From Epiperipatus broadwayi (lineage: Eukaryota > Animalia > Onychophora), in NCBI GenBank assembly GCA_028023455.1, contig JAQFVV010000001.1, positions 10,354,001-10,418,000 on the forward strand: a DNA stretch of 64,000 nucleotides. The letters run 5' to 3'. The number at the start of each line of letters is the position of its first letter. Position 1 is the stretch's first letter. The translations under genes were made by a program, and so were the position numbers. The notes under the pieces are model-generated. The model saw only the letters and a program-made list of their open reading frames with translations, did no database searches and was not told the origin of the DNA. Positions 40,038-54,900 of the stretch are shown here, piece by piece.

Positions 40038-40616
40038 CTGAAATATAAATTAAATATTAAAAGCTTTATGTTTCATAAATCAAATATTTATTTTTAAAAA
40101 CGTGTAAACTAAGAAAAAAATAAATCATTATTTTCAAGGTTTTTGTTTTTAAATGAGAAGAGATATTCACTACTGAAAATAAATATTAAAATTGTAGTAA
40201 ATCATAAAACATTTTTCTGAAATGAAATACTGTAATGAATTATTTTTCAAGCTTCATTTTAAAAATTATTTAAAATTGACATTATATCTAGTTTTAACCT
40301 TTAATTTGTTATACATATATGTAATTTACTTTCTAACAGGAGGAGCCTTACATATTTGTTTCTCTTTAAAAATTTTAAAATGTGCATATAACTTTTTTAA
40401 AAAATTACTCTTAATAAATTATAGCATCATCAATATATGTATATAAATATTTTCTTCATAAATCAACCAAAAAAAATTTTGAATTATAGATTATGAAAAT
40501 GGATAGATGTTTTAGTCATATGTAATATAACTTTTCTTTTAAAAAAAATGTTTCCATAATCTATAACTCTAAATTTTATTTATATGAAGAAAGAGCTGAA
40601 AGATTTTTGCTTTTTC

Positions 40617-40648
<32 letters not shown>

Positions 40649-40739
40649 GGGGGGTTTCAAGAAAATTTTTTTGCAAGATGTTTTTATTTCATTTTAATAA
40701 ATATTTTATTTTAAAAATATGTGTAACTATTTGGAATTA

Positions 40740-41627
40740 TATAAAAGATGAGAAGAGGATTTAATAAATGGATATTGTATTCAAAGCAACAATCATTCTC
40801 AGGGCCACTCTTTATTTCCTCACACTAGAATAGATTTTACTGATCTCTTTTTCTGAATCTCCCTCCTCCTATCCTAGTGTTAACACTTGAATATTATGAT
40901 TCTTTGAATAATCTGTTGTTTGCCTTAGACTTAGGTAGCTTCTAGGCCATCATACAATTTGAATTCTCTCCAGATTATCTGTCCTTTATCTCTTTCTTAC
41001 TTTTCCAATATGGTCTAATACTACTTACATCAATATAAGCAATATTAGCTTCATTTTTTAATTTTTTGAGGGCTTTATTAAATTAATTTTTTCCTCTTCC
41101 CACACCTTCCTGAATTTGTAGGCAATTATCTACTGTAGGAATTTTCAGTTAATCCCCAAAATAATCATATCATTTTAAATCATAGATTATGGCAAAATAG
41201 TTATTTGGTGTTCAATTATTATTGAAACAGTAAGTGTCCTCCATTTCACAATCTGGCCTTTAAAAAACTGGATGTAACTTTCATCACTCCCCAAATGAAA
41301 TTATAACCTGCTACCAAATTTCTCCTGCCACTCTTCTATCCAAAATGGGCTTCTTAAATAGAAAATTTACCATTCCTTAGATGGATCTTGAAGGTGATTA
41401 CATGCCCCCCTCCCTCTCTCTCTCTCTCTCCCTCCCTCCCTCCCTCCCCCCCTCCCTCTCTCTCTCCCTCTCTCCCTCCCTCCCTCCCTCCCCCCTCCCT
41501 CCTCCCTCTCTCTCTCTCTCCCTCCCTCTCTCCCTCTCTCTCTCCCTCTCTCTCTTCCTCCCTCTCTCCCTCCCTCCCTCCCTCCCCCTCCCTCCCTCCC
41601 TCCCTCCCTCTCTCTCTCTGCCACCTA

Positions 41628-41663
<36 letters not shown>

Positions 41664-42450
41664 GTTTCATTTATGATGAAATAGCTTTGGAAGATATCAA
41701 AGTGATCCTTATGAATCTCACCAATATTAGCTCTGAACAGCCACATTTTCAAAAACTTCATTGATGCTATGATATGTCTCAGGATTCCTTACTTATACTA
41801 TTAGTGTCACCATTCCTAAAAATCTCTTTGGATACTATTTCTTTGACATCTTCCACCTTCTACTCTTTCTTTGCCTTTTCAGATCATATTTCAAAGCAGT
41901 ATTACATCTTTTCTTATTTTTTGTTTACTTATTTTCTATCTTTTATTAGGTTAGTCATCTCTTTTTGGATCTCCTCACACTGCTTATTCCTCCTCCTTGC
42001 TTTCAATTCTTTCTATAATGTACTGCACAGTGTCCTCAGTTTTCACTTTGTTATTGTCTTGACAATTTTCTCTAATTCAGCAAATGTTTTGTTTTCTATA
42101 ACTTCTGCCTTGTGTTGCTTACTGAATTTGACATTTTTTCTTTAATGTTATTCATTATCTCACCATTATTTCATGTTATTTTTTGAATTGTGGCCCATTC
42201 TTCTCTAAAATTCTTTGTTTTTCTTCAATAACCTTTTGATTTTTCTTCTCACTTTCTCTCAATCTCTCTTGTATCATCTAAAACTTTTTTATCACTCTTT
42301 GGTTCTCACTGCTTTTCTGCATGTTCTTCTTACATTATGACTTTGATTATTTTTCTGCAGCATTTCTGATATCTTACATCATTTTTCTGTTGCATTTCTA
42401 GTCTAGTTATATTTTCCTGATGTATAGTATGATATTAGAGGTACAAAGGT
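40740..42450 (-). mobile_element. Degraded LINE 5' part (coiled-coil ORF1 and possible APE start)
   Basis: Charged coiled-coil-like translation (ELEKIVK..ELKARRRN..EDVKEIV) at 41770-42400; many stops. Confidence 0.35.
41405..41663. repeat. Homopyrimidine/homopurine (CT/CCT/CCCT) tract, about 260 bp
   Basis: Nearly pure C/T on the plus strand; explains the five low-complexity ORFs here. Confidence 0.98.
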
Positions 42451-42779
42451 TCTGCATCTATACATATTGAACCAAAAATTAAATTAATTTGCATATTCTG
42501 TCATAAATGAGCATTGAATGAATCTTAAATAACATAAAACTTAGAAATAAATATTAGACTTAAAATGTAAGAAATAAGATAAAATATGTATTCTAATTTT
42601 ACTAAATTTGTCAATTTAATAAATTTATGAAGATTGTGTTATGAAATATGCTTTTTTACTTAGAAAGAAAGAAGAAAAATATAAAATTCAATCATAGTTT
42701 GGATTTGAAAGAGGATCCTCTTGTTTGTAAGTTAATTAAAAATAATTAACTTGCTTTATAAAAGAAAAGAAATTGAATA

Positions 42780-43500
42780 GATTATAATTACATTGGTAAT
42801 CCTTAAAAATCAAAATTAAATGTTTATCAAAAAAGAAGGCTTTGTTGTTTGAATTGAGAAAATATTTAAGACTGAATTTCAAAAAGCAGTTCACACCAAT
42901 AGTTTTGGAAAAAAGTAATTGCCCTTAATAACTTGACACAAATTGTTTTAAGATTCAACTTACTGGTAAATCAAAATATATCTCTGGACTCCATGAAAGC
43001 TTTGAATAGTTTGAACAGAATAAGAAGGACTTATCTATCATAGCAATATGGAAAAATTTCACTGTTATTGCAAATTTACAAATGAAACACTACATATAAA
43101 CCAGTGTACAAGTTGTACTGATCCACTAGGAAGTAAGCTTGTTGCAAAACCTACCTGAATAAAATTTTCCGTGAAGTATTGCTAATGAAAACCTGTTGAA
43201 CTTGTCAGATGACCCAGCCTAAATTTTGAGTGTTTTTCCTCACAGATGTATCTGGCCAATAGGAAATAGTTAATGATGATATTCTGCATAGAACTGGAAA
43301 TTATATAAAATAAGATAAAAAAGAAAATGTCATGTGAAAGTTAAAGTTGTAAAATTAGAAAAGGACTGTTAGAAAAGAAAAGTCTACAAGAATCGAAGAC
43401 ATCTGTTCAAAAAAAAAGACAAGACTGACTCATCCATGGAAACACTGAATCGAAAATGCTAAAGTAATCTAGAAACAATATTATGTGGGTACAAAAAGTC
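42780..43500 (+). mobile_element. Degraded LINE RT remnant
   Basis: WKKVIAL..RFNLL and QYG-like fragments; weak. Confidence 0.3.
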
Positions 43501-44409
43501 AAACTGTTCAGTTATGTGCTAAAACAATATGTACATTTTAATTTTTTTGAGATCAAACTTTAAGATCAAAAGTATCTAGATGAGAATTTTATTTTTTCTT
43601 TATGTTCAATAGTATATTGTTTCATTAATATTATATTTATAAAACTTTTTATTATCATTATCATTATTATCATCATCATCATCATTATTTTAAGCCAAAA
43701 AACATCACATGATCACCATTTCTTATGCTTGCTTATAATTGTTTTTATGACATCCACTGATTACTCCGGCTTGCAGCAATACATATAGAGAGTTTTGCCT
43801 GTCTTAAATCATGATTATTATTGTATAATGTTTTGCTTATTGTATATTTATTTTATAGTTATTAATAATGTAATAAATATTTACTTGCATATTTTTGTTA
43901 AAGCAAAAGTGTTGAAGTGCACGTAATAAATAATAATTGAATTGAATAATAATAGTGACGATGATGACATTATTATTTTTCAAAGGAGTTTTATTACCAT
44001 TCAAAATAGTTACATATTTACAAAAATCATAGGTTATATCGCAAGTGTACATCAATACAGTTACATATAATTGATTAGAAACTATATAAAAGATTACATA
44101 AAATTAAATTTGATTATATATATTTTAAAAAAAGGTTACATAAAGTTACATAATGTTATATAATTCTTTAGCATCTAATTTTTTTCAAAAGGCATTTAAG
44201 ATTATATATATACACACGTACATATATAAAGGACATGGTTTTTGTGCAGGTTATACCATCTTAGTACTGTCTCAGTTATTGATGCATTAAGGACCAGATA
44301 TCATGAAAAATGTTATGTGGAGCAAGTTTGCTGTCTCTTTCCCTAATAATCTCCAATTTAATCCAAAATATATTAGGATGCCTTCTATTATCATTATTAT
44401 TATTATTTT

Positions 44410-45022
44410 ACTTTTAATAACCATATAACATATTCTGTTAATAAAGCATTTAAACTCATTGGCAGGATGCTCAGATCAAAAATTGTTTTTGATTTCCAGA
44501 CTAATAAATTAATATTTAATAGTTTGATATTGCCAATTTTACACTATGGATCCATTATATGGAATTCTATAAATGAAACAAATATGAAAAAAATACAAAA
44601 GGTTTATGATAAATATTGTAAATATGTGTATAAAACTTCATTTTGTAAATAATAATGAATTGCGTGTTAAGAGAATATTATCTGATATGTGTTTTTTATA
44701 TAAAATGATAAATGGCACAATAACTTTTGATAATTCAGTAACAAATGTGCTATATAAAATACCAACTTTCAATAGCAGAAATCACAAACTTTTTCATTTA
44801 CCATTAATTAAACATACATGTGTAAAAAATGCAGCTGTATATAGATTACAAAATAAATATAATGATATGTTTAGTGATGTAGAGTTTACATCAGATTTTA
44901 AAATATTTAAAAAGTATATATTAGATTCATTAAATCAAATTTTTATGTAAATTTTAATTTTAATCATTGTAAACGTTTTCTTGGCTTTGTAAGCTGTTGT
45001 TTACTAATAAATTGAATTGAAT

Positions 45023-45071
<49 letters not shown>

Positions 45072-45093
45072 CAACAACAACAACATTAACAAC

Positions 45094-45124
<31 letters not shown>

Positions 45125-45125
45125 T
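44410..45125 (+). mobile_element. CR1/L2-type LINE 3' fragment with (TTGAA)n/(AAT)n tail, inserted antisense in the copy A 3' UTR
   Basis: LILPILHYGSIIW, LRVKRILSDMCFLYKMING, RNHKLF; tail aataaattgaattgaattgaa(taa)n. Confidence 0.8.
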
Positions 45126-48100
45126 ATAAAAATGTGTTTAGTACACCATAATGCATACAAGATGAATGTACTAGCTCTAATTCTAGCAAAAATTCCTATT
45201 GTGTAGGTTTTAAAAATGTATGCAATATTAAATAAAGAAATATTAAAAAGATTAGGAAGAGCAATGCATATATTATCATAATACCTACAATCATAGAATA
45301 TATGCTCCTGGTTTTCAAAATCTATTTGACAGTGGGGACAAAAAACATCAATGTTTGTACAATTTCCTCTATATTTATAAAAATAAAGTGTTGGTAATGT
45401 TCCCAAGTTAAGCTTTATTAGAAAATCAAAATATTTGGGCTCAAGCTTCCAGAATCTAAATCTTCTGATGATTTGTGGATTGTTTAGGCCCAACAAGAGC
45501 TTGTTTTGACTATTTAAGGTTGGTTTATTAATAGAGACATTTACTAATATTTATACTTATTTGTAAGGAATAGAAGGCTAGTTTATCTATGCTCAATAGT
45601 GGTTTTATTAGATTAACCCAATAACCAGTACCAGGAAAAGTCTATCCATTGGTGTAATTTTTAATAATGTAACATGATTAATTGGATTTGAAAATGAGAT
45701 AATCAGATTAAATGTTTTCTGTATTTTGAATATATTTAATGAGTTCAGTCCTAGCCCACTATGAATTAATGGATTTTGTAGTTTTTAAATAGAGATGGAT
45801 GCAATGCATCTGCCCCACAGAAATTTTTTGAGCATGGAATAAACATACCAAATAAAGGCTTTAGTGTAAATGATTAGACTATAATAAGTTGTTCTTTTCA
45901 TAATGAGCACATTAAACAATGTGGCTTTAGAATAAACTGAAAGGAATGACTTTGAAAGGGAGCTAATAATTTTTCCTATTTTTTCTTTAAGAAAACCCTG
46001 TGTTTTTGTTCTCATTCCATTACTATTAAGATGAAAGGGGAAACTGAAGAATGAGATATGATTTTCTTTAAATTTAGATTGTATAAGTTTGCCTATATAT
46101 ATCTGCCAACTAAATGTTTTGTCTAAATTTAATTCTAGTTTGTATTCCTTTGAATAATGATCCAAAATTTGTAATAATTTGGGAACATGTTTTTGTTATG
46201 ATAAAAAAAAAGGTAGCATCCATGTAAACAATATATAAAATGTTACTTTTAAATTGTGATACAAAAATACCAGATATCCCTTCTTCAAATCATTTTAAGG
46301 AGGGAATTTATGTACACTATAAATAGTAAGGCACTAAGAGAACCCTGAAGAATAGCGCAATAAGGTCTAAATCCTGGTGAGTATTTTCCATTCACTGTCA
46401 CATGGATTTCTCTATTTATCAATAAATTGGCAAGTATAAGGATTAATGACTTGGGAACAGACAAGATTTTCAATAAGTTTATAAGTTGGCCTATTGAAAT
46501 TAAATTAAATGCTTTTATAATATCCAATTAAATGGCAATAGGGCTATTTTTTTTTCTAACAATTTCCACAACAGACTAAAAAATAATTGCAGCACTCCTC
46601 TTTGCAAAGTGCATTTTGGCTATTGTTGGTAAAATAAAGGGTTCAAATTTACCCATGTTCATTGATTCAAGAATCTTAGATGCCAAGCTGACTCATGGAT
46701 ATATAGAACATATATTTTTAGCTGTAATGATATCTTCAGATTTATTAAGAAAAGGTGCCTGCATTATTGGATACAATCCAGGTATATGATGGACTTGTCT
46801 GGATTATAAATTAGCTAGATTCCTTAAGTAAATTGTAGTAAAAAAAACTTACGTATTTAGAGACAACTTTTGAAATTCCACAAATACCTGGGTAACAGGT
46901 GTTTGGGACTTCAGCAATTTTTTTGGTGTAATCATTTATTGTAAACATATCATCATTCTCTATGATTCCCAGAAATAAAGTGATAGGAGAGAACATTTTG
47001 TTTTGCAAAATATTTTTAAAAAATATACAAATGGAGTTACCATGCTGTCTCCACCAATTATTTCATTGATTCTAATTGCTGCAGGTATTGGGGGGGGGGG
47101 GGTGACATAATGCCCAGCGAATGAAATGTTTAAAGAATTAATGTGTATGATCCAGAAAAAGCCTCTTTTTTTTTTAATTATTATGTATTCTTTCAGTGTT
47201 TGACAGGTATTATTGTATACGTTTTTTATGGCAGCTATTTTATTGCTGTTGTTTTAAGTGGACTGGTATTGTGAATGTTATCTGCAAGTGCTAATAAGTT
47301 AATAGGAGGTATGGATATTTGGGTTAAGTGATCAATATTAAAAGAACATTTACAAATGCTAACCAGTTTTGTGCAGAATCTAATTTCATTTTATTCATTT
47401 TAAAAAGTTCTATATAAATTTGTGAAAATAAAAATTTATTAGTCCTGCTAGGAAGTAATACTCTTATTTTTTTTTTCAGCTGGCAGTAATTTTCTATATA
47501 CAAGATCTAGATCTAGGACTATTAAACATTGCTAAATGGTCAGATAGGATTGAATTTTTTAGAGATGGCCTAATTAGATGATGCAGTATTGGTGAGTAGA
47601 ATACTACATCTATTAGTAAAGAATGTCTATCATTGTAGAATGATACAAAATCCTTTGGTAAAAATTCTTCCCCACTCAGAAGGGAGAAAGCAAACATATA
47701 GCCAGTTAAGATACAAATTTACTGTAGGATATATTAAAATCATCCAATAGCTCATATGAATAGGAAGAGGAAGCTAGGAATGAATTAACTGCTATTATTA
47801 ATCTATTTATTATTGTTGGCCCTGAAGTTATATTTGCAAATACAATATTTAAAACAAAAGCTTTGTGGTGAAGTAAGATAATTAATATGTGATCATCAAG
47901 ATATAGAATATTAAATGATCTGAATGGACAGGTCTTAGATATTATAATACCCATGCCTGCAGATGGTGTAAAAGATGTTTTTGAAAATATTGAGAATCCT
48001 TGATTATGTAGATAATTCAAAGGATCTATAAATGAGTTGCAATATATTTGTCTCTGACAAGCCAAGTATATGTAACTGCACCATTTAATTAATTGATAGA

Positions 48101-48849
48101 TTTTCTGTTCAAAGTTCAAGCCTCTAATGTTAAGAGCTCTTATATTTATATGCTTGCTCCAATGTGTATAGATTTAAATTTAAAAAATACTGTATATAAA
48201 TATATATTCTTGTTTATGTTTTACATTTTACAGGAATATATTTCAATTAAGTTCTATAGTGTAAGTGGTATATATTAGATTGTCCTCCTCTTATTCTGTA
48301 TCTATATATCTAACTATGTATCTTCACTTACTTATCAGGTTATGCAATTGTAGCATGTCAGTCGCTTGCAGCAGCTGATTCAATGGAATTTTGTTTTCTT
48401 TTTTAAATTATGCAAAAAATATAAGCATGACATCAACAGAAATCCCAGCATGTGTTGCTGCTTAAATCAATCTTTGAATTGGTGCATCATAAGTTGAAAT
48501 CAAATGAAATTTGAATTTTTTATTAATATTTTTAGTAATAGATAGATTCTAATTTTTTTATTTTTTGGTCAGTTTACTAGATTACATAAAGACAACAAAG
48601 GCAGAATTGCTTTATTAGTCAGACTCAGTAGTAAAATTGATTAAAAATACACTGATGATTTGGATTTCAAGGCCTTCAATGCGATAAAAACTTCATCGCG
48701 GAATATCAATCGTAAATATTAAATTTTAATTTTTTATTTATTTAAATATTTTACTTTTTTTTTTATTATTTGATAAATGGTACAATTCATTAATGTGTTT
48801 GCATTTATATTGGTGTGTCTGTGTAGTATATAAATTATATAATATTAAA

Positions 48850-49450
48850 TCATTATACTCTTTATTAAACAGTATAAAATTGTATTTAAATATAACAAAA
48901 AGTGGTTTACATACGATGTAATTTTGGGTCTCTGATCCAAGTTTGAGATAACCTCATTTTATAAACAGAATGATTCTCAAAAGGTTTAATAATTTATTAA
49001 TGTGTTTATATTTGTATTAGTGTATTTGTGTGTTGCACTTGCATGTTTGTATAACACGCAATGATTTATATATATATATAGCAGTGCAATGTAAATTTTA
49101 AGACTGATTATCAGATGTATAGAAAGATTGCAGTCGATAAAGCAATCACAAAATTTACTGGGCATAGTACCATGTGAAAATATAAACACTTAAAACCAAT
49201 AAAGAGATTTCAAATGATATGTGTGGTGATACCCACAATGATTATATATATTCCACATGAAATTGTACACAGGCAAAGAATCAAATTGCCTATGCCTTGA
49301 TACTCATGCTGCGGAGTCAATAGTTTTGCCACATCTTGCATCACATTATTTGTTCAATTCTATAGCTAGAAAATGAGCTATATGCAAATAAATTATATCT
49401 CTGATGGAATAATAAATATAATAAGATAGCATCACTGGTGTGCATAAAGA
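48850..49450 (+). mobile_element. piggyBac-type transposase remnant between ORF1 and ORF2 of copy A
   Basis: FWVSDPSLR*PHFINRMILKRF and AVDKAITKFTGHSTM*KYKHLKPIKR match piggyBac YWSTDP...M.R.RF and VDE.M..F.GR...KQY.P.KP.K; termini not found. Confidence 0.7.
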
Positions 49451-51914
49451 ATATAAACATCACTGGTATACACAAAAATTATAAAATGAAGAGATGAATT
49501 TTATCATTGATACAGACAGTAGCCTACAATTTCTAGTTTTAGATTGACAAGAAGCTATGATGACAAATGCATATTCACCTTCTAAAATGATTTGTTTTAT
49601 ATTTTTTATTAGAATGAATCTTTTTCTTATAGACACCTTTGAGATTTGTTAACTTTTGGGATACAAGATAAAAATGAAGAATTCTTATGCAACTAGTTTT
49701 GGAGATTCTGAAGCTATGGATTATCTCAAGTAAGAAGTATTATATATGGTTTAAAAGAGAATTTTGTGCAGAATACAAATAAATTATCAATGAATATGTA
49801 ATTTAAACTTAATTAATGACAAATTAGAAATTATGAACAAACAATAAAATAATAATTATTTCGTATGTAGAAATTTATTTTTCCTTATTTTTTAAATGGT
49901 AATCACTCTTTGTCTTAACCTTATTGTTTTCCTTAGTTTTTCTAGTTTCTATCAATGTAAATCTTTTTTCTCTAACATTATTAAAACTGAAGTTATTGTG
50001 AAAAATTGTGTCTCAAGTCAGTTTTTTAAAAAATTCAATATAGCATCAGGACAATTAACTAGTTATATTAAAAAAAAACTACCCAAAGGAAGTATGTGCA
50101 TGATTTTACACCTACAATATTATTAAATAAACAACCCTATATTTCAGTTTATTCTGTAGTAAAAAATGTTATTAAAGGAATATCATTAGCAAGTTCTAAA
50201 GTTCATTCTCTAGTTTTACAGGGAATTAAAATATTTTCTGATATTTTTTCATGTTGCATACGTGATCTTAAATTGAAATCTGAAACACTACATAGTGTAC
50301 TAACCTCATTTATTTCAATTAGTTTGTCCACCACATCTTCTGGTTCAGACTCTTGAATTCCATCATGTACAGTTTTAACTTTTTTAATCAGTTCATCAGA
50401 AGTAATAAGCTCTTTGTTATCACTGCAATTTATTTCTGAGGCAGGCTTTCTCCCATGCTTCACCCTAACTTAGTGACCAGGTTTTCATTTTCCTGTGGGA
50501 TTTGGATTTGTTAGGTTTTGAGGCTTTATCATTATTTCAATGGCAGTTTTATTTCTGACAATGGTATTTGCTTCATTCTAGAGGCTTATCAATTGATCAA
50601 TTGCTTCTTGTTAGAAATACCATCAATTTCTGACACTCCACTATGATAATGTTTTGATATTTCATTACCTTTCGAAACCGAAATTACTTCACATGCTCTC
50701 TGGTGGTTGATTACATTTATTGAACTATTATTCATGCAAAAAATTTTTTTCCCATGTTAGTATTTTTTCTAGACAGTTGTTCTATTATTTCAGAGTCTAT
50801 TATTGAGCATTGATGCATTGGTGTAGCAATTTAATTACAGTATTTACATAAGAAATTATGGCATGTGTTGACTATGTGATCACGTTGTTTACAGTAAAAA
50901 CACTGTGTTTAAGACTGTGTATTTGCAAAAAAATCATGGCTTCCTGATCCATAATCAAAGAGGGAATTTCATTAGAATTAATGCCTCTATAAAATTTCAT
51001 TTTAAATTCATACATGTTATCCTACACTGGAACCGGCATATTTTTTAGTAACATGGGCTGAAGACTGACTGCTATGCCAAAAGTTTCAATTAGCCTGTGG
51101 AAGTCATTAATGTTATAGTCTAAATAAACATTTTTAGGAAGCCAGTTATATATCTATCTCTGTTCGGATTAATTACAATAATCACGTATCAGTCTAATAT
51201 TTTGATATTTCTCTTAAATTGGTCTTTTTGTTCAGAATTATGAAATTCCAGAATAACATATCAAGGGTTTGGATGATTGGCAATTCTATAGTGTCCCACA
51301 TGTTATTAATGCTTAAAGCTTCAAATAAAAGTTTCTTTGGAAAAACAGTACAGCAAGCAGTTCATACCATTTATAGCAATAACTATAGATCGATCTGTAA
51401 AAAATCATTTGAACAAAGCAAAACATTCATTTAGCAAAGTAGCATTAATTTTTTCTAAAATAGTATTAAGAGTTTTGTCAGGCCAGTTCTTTGATAACAT
51501 GATTATGGGGCTCAGAAGTCAGCATGTCTAGTTTTAAGAAATCATCTAACATAGATCTATGAAATCTTGCTTCGGTCTAGATATTATTGGCATTATTGAT
51601 TTTTTGCGTAGATATTTACTTGTTTAATTCACTATCTCTATCAAAATTCCACTTTATAATTGAAGATTTTGCTACATTCACAACATAACATCTTGCCATT
51701 TCCTCCTAGTTCAATGTGAATTGAAATTACAGTAGGATTTAAAAGCCAGAGAAAATAGCACCTTTTTGCAATTGATCTGATTACCTTAATATTTATATAA
51801 ATACACTCTGTATGATTCAATCACTGATTTCTTCTACAAAAATAATATTTTAAAACATCAAAAACATCTTACGAAGTACCAGAAGAACTTAGGTACTCAC
51901 CCTCTAGTGGCAAA

Positions 51915-54900
51915 ATTTATTATTATTATTGTTATTTTTGTTATTATTATTAGTTTTCAAAGCACTTTATTAAACTTTCAAACAAAGCATTACATTGAAT
52001 AACAAGATTTACATATATCTAGTTATTTAGCTACATTAATGCCAAACAAAAAAAAAATATTGACTTAACAATGGTGAAAGATTAGTTATATTGGTAATTG
52101 TTATATGTTTATGAAATTTGATCATTTAGCACATTAAAATAAAATAAAAAACAATTATTCTGTTACAAAGATGATAAAGGATAACAATGATAATTGTCAT
52201 GTTTAACATAAGTGAAATGTAACAGTAATATATACAAATCAATTACAGTGGAAAAATAACAAAAGCACACAAACAATATATATATATATACAAGCATTCT
52301 AATTTTTTTTAACTCTTCTTTCATTCAGAGCCAGGTGTACTGAGTTGAGATCTCGCATTCAATCTTAAAAGAGACTAAGTGGCATGAAATGTTCTATCAG
52401 GGGTTATCTTCCTATCTCTTGTTTTGATTGTTTCTAAATTTATTCCAGAATGTATTAGGATGCCTCCTAAGGTTATTATTATATATAAAGAAGCACTAGT
52501 GCACCACTATGCATATAGAATGAAAGTGTGTGCTCTAATATTTGCATAAATGCCTAAAGTGAAGACATTAAAGAGAGATTTTACATTAAGATTGGATTTA
52601 TTGAAAAACCCAGAAACGGCAAATGGACATTAAAAAAAATGTGAGGCTGTGTTTCTACATTTTTATGACACAGACTACATTGAGCATCTATATTCACACA
52701 TGGCCTTTTATGTCTGTAGAAATGCAATGTAGGCAGGAACTCAAGCTTTACTTTTACAAGAAAATCACAGTATTTTGGCTCTACCATCCAAAATCTAAAT
52801 TTCTGAATTAAAAGCTTCTTATTAAGGTTGAGGATAACTGATTTTACCAGATACTCAGAAGGAATGCCTTTCAATATTTAAATTTAATCATAGGTCAGTA
52901 AAAGAAAAAAATAGAAATAGATGTTATTGTCAATATAAGATGTTTCCAGTATCTACTGACTGGAGAGTTTATCTGCCGGTGTAATTTTCATTGTTATTTT
53001 CTGTTGAGGAAATATCTCTGGCAATGAGGATATTGGGTTGTCTTTTGCACCAAAACTAATTAATATTGTGCAAACCAAACCATTTGCCACTAGTAAACAT
53101 TGAACGCATCTCAATGAAATGTTTACTATTCGTCTACCCCAGATACGCATTCTACATTGGGAATATACATACATTGTGAAAGCTTTAGTAAATATTATAA
53201 TAGGTGAATAGTTATAATCAACATATTAATCAGTGATGACTTTGAATAGAGATATTAGTATGACTTAGAAAAGAAATTTGTGATTTTTTCAATTTTACTT
53301 TTAAGTTTGTTTTGAAGCGTATTCCACATTTCTAAATTACTTAAATAAAATGGAAAACCAACAAATGGACCAGGCTTTTCTTTAAAGTGCATGTTCAAGG
53401 TTTTACCTGTATAAATTTGCCATGCAGATGATTTATCCATATTGAAATCTAATCTATACTCTTTACTATATTCATTTAATATTTTTAGTAATATGGGATA
53501 TTGTTTTTTAGATGCCAGAAGCACTGTAACATCACCCATATGATATTTTCGTTTAAGCCAGATAAATATATCCCACATAATTCTTGCTTATTTTAATTTT
53601 TTAACAGAGGATTAATGTATGTGGTAAATAGCAGTACACTTAATGGTGATCCTTGAGGAATTGATCTATGGGGGTAAATGATTGGGAATATTTTCCATTT
53701 AATGTGATATGGATCTGCTTATTTAATAGTAAATTCATGAGTAAATAAAGCAGTGCTTTAGGTATCCCTGCATCTGTTAAAACATCAATTAGCAAGTTAA
53801 CTGGAACCATATCAAAAGCAGATATAATATCCAGTTGAACTACTAGAGGAGTATATTTCTTAGTATTACTTACAGAATCTTGTGATAACCTTAAGCAAAA
53901 AGGCTGCCTGTCCTGTAGAAGACCTTTTTTAGAAAATTGCGCTTTTCCTAATTTGGATAGAAGATATGGTTCAAATTTATCTTTTAATATTGATTCTAAA
54001 ATGTTTATTCCAAGAGGACTCATGGATATAGGAAGGAAATTTTCTAATTCATATATTGCTTCTTGTTTTTTAATAAAAAGTTACTAATGATATGGGACGT
54101 AAGTCATTTATCTGATAGACCCTTTTGGATAGTTTGCTAGATCAGTTAAGTATTTTGCAGTGTGCTGACTAAGGTGGTTGAATACAAACCTAGGAATTCC
54201 ATGAATTATAAGGGGCTTTGAGTCTGATGTTATAGCCCATCTTTGAAGAACTTCACTTGGTTTAAACTCAGTTTCTTTTTCTTGTTCTTGAAGAAATTGT
54301 ACCTCAGGACTGAACCTGCTGCAACTTTGGAGCTCATTTTTAAAGTGTTCATATAGTGGAACTAACATATTATTTCCTGATACTATTGTTCTGTTAATTT
54401 TTATTGCCATGGACATTCTAATTACTGGTGATTGACCTAATGCTCACTGTATATAATTTCTTGACCAAGTAGGTGGCTTTCCAAGGTATAGTTTACTTTT
54501 TTAATGGATAAATATTCCTTCATTGTGACACATGTAGCCTTACATGCTTCTCTCAATGCTCTCAGATATTTCTGTTTGACTTCAGAATTGCTCACATTAA
54601 CAATCCACTCATGGAGGTCATCAGCCAAGGCAAGCAATCTTGATGGAGGAGGTTTATTGTGTGTAACTTGATCTATTGTATATGAGATAACATTTAGAAA
54701 TGGTAACCAAGCTTGTACAGGATCTAATTTATGGTTTCTAATCTTGTAAAAAGCTATGTATATCTCAGAATGTACTGCAGCTAGCCAAGAGTATTATCAT
54801 TGTGTTGCTTGTGCAAATCATAGCCCCATGGTTCACATCCATATAAAATGTAACAATAGAGGCTAGATGATCTGAGATGTGCAGTTTTTTAATACTAATA

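Larger units (their letters stand above)
43960..51910 (-). mobile_element. L1/Tx1-like LINE copy A, near full length and degenerate, with two nested insertions
   Basis: ORF1 about 49870-51750, homologous to copy B ORF1 (QPMLLKNMPVPV...DQEAM); ORF2 APE IRALNIRGL, IDVVFYS, SDH; RT DIIKAFN, ILQGS; C-terminal CPHC...EHIFYDC; 3' UTR ending AATAAA plus (TAA)n at about 43965. Confidence 0.8.

Noticed and set aside
41354-41764. Five overlapping ORFs rich in R/E/G or S/L/P
   Set aside because: They are artefacts of the stop-free CT/GA tract.
48650-48715. CTGATGA followed by a small hairpin; similar hits at about 17039, 35570 (minus) and 62672
   Set aside because: None has the stem II-GAAA-stem III arrangement.
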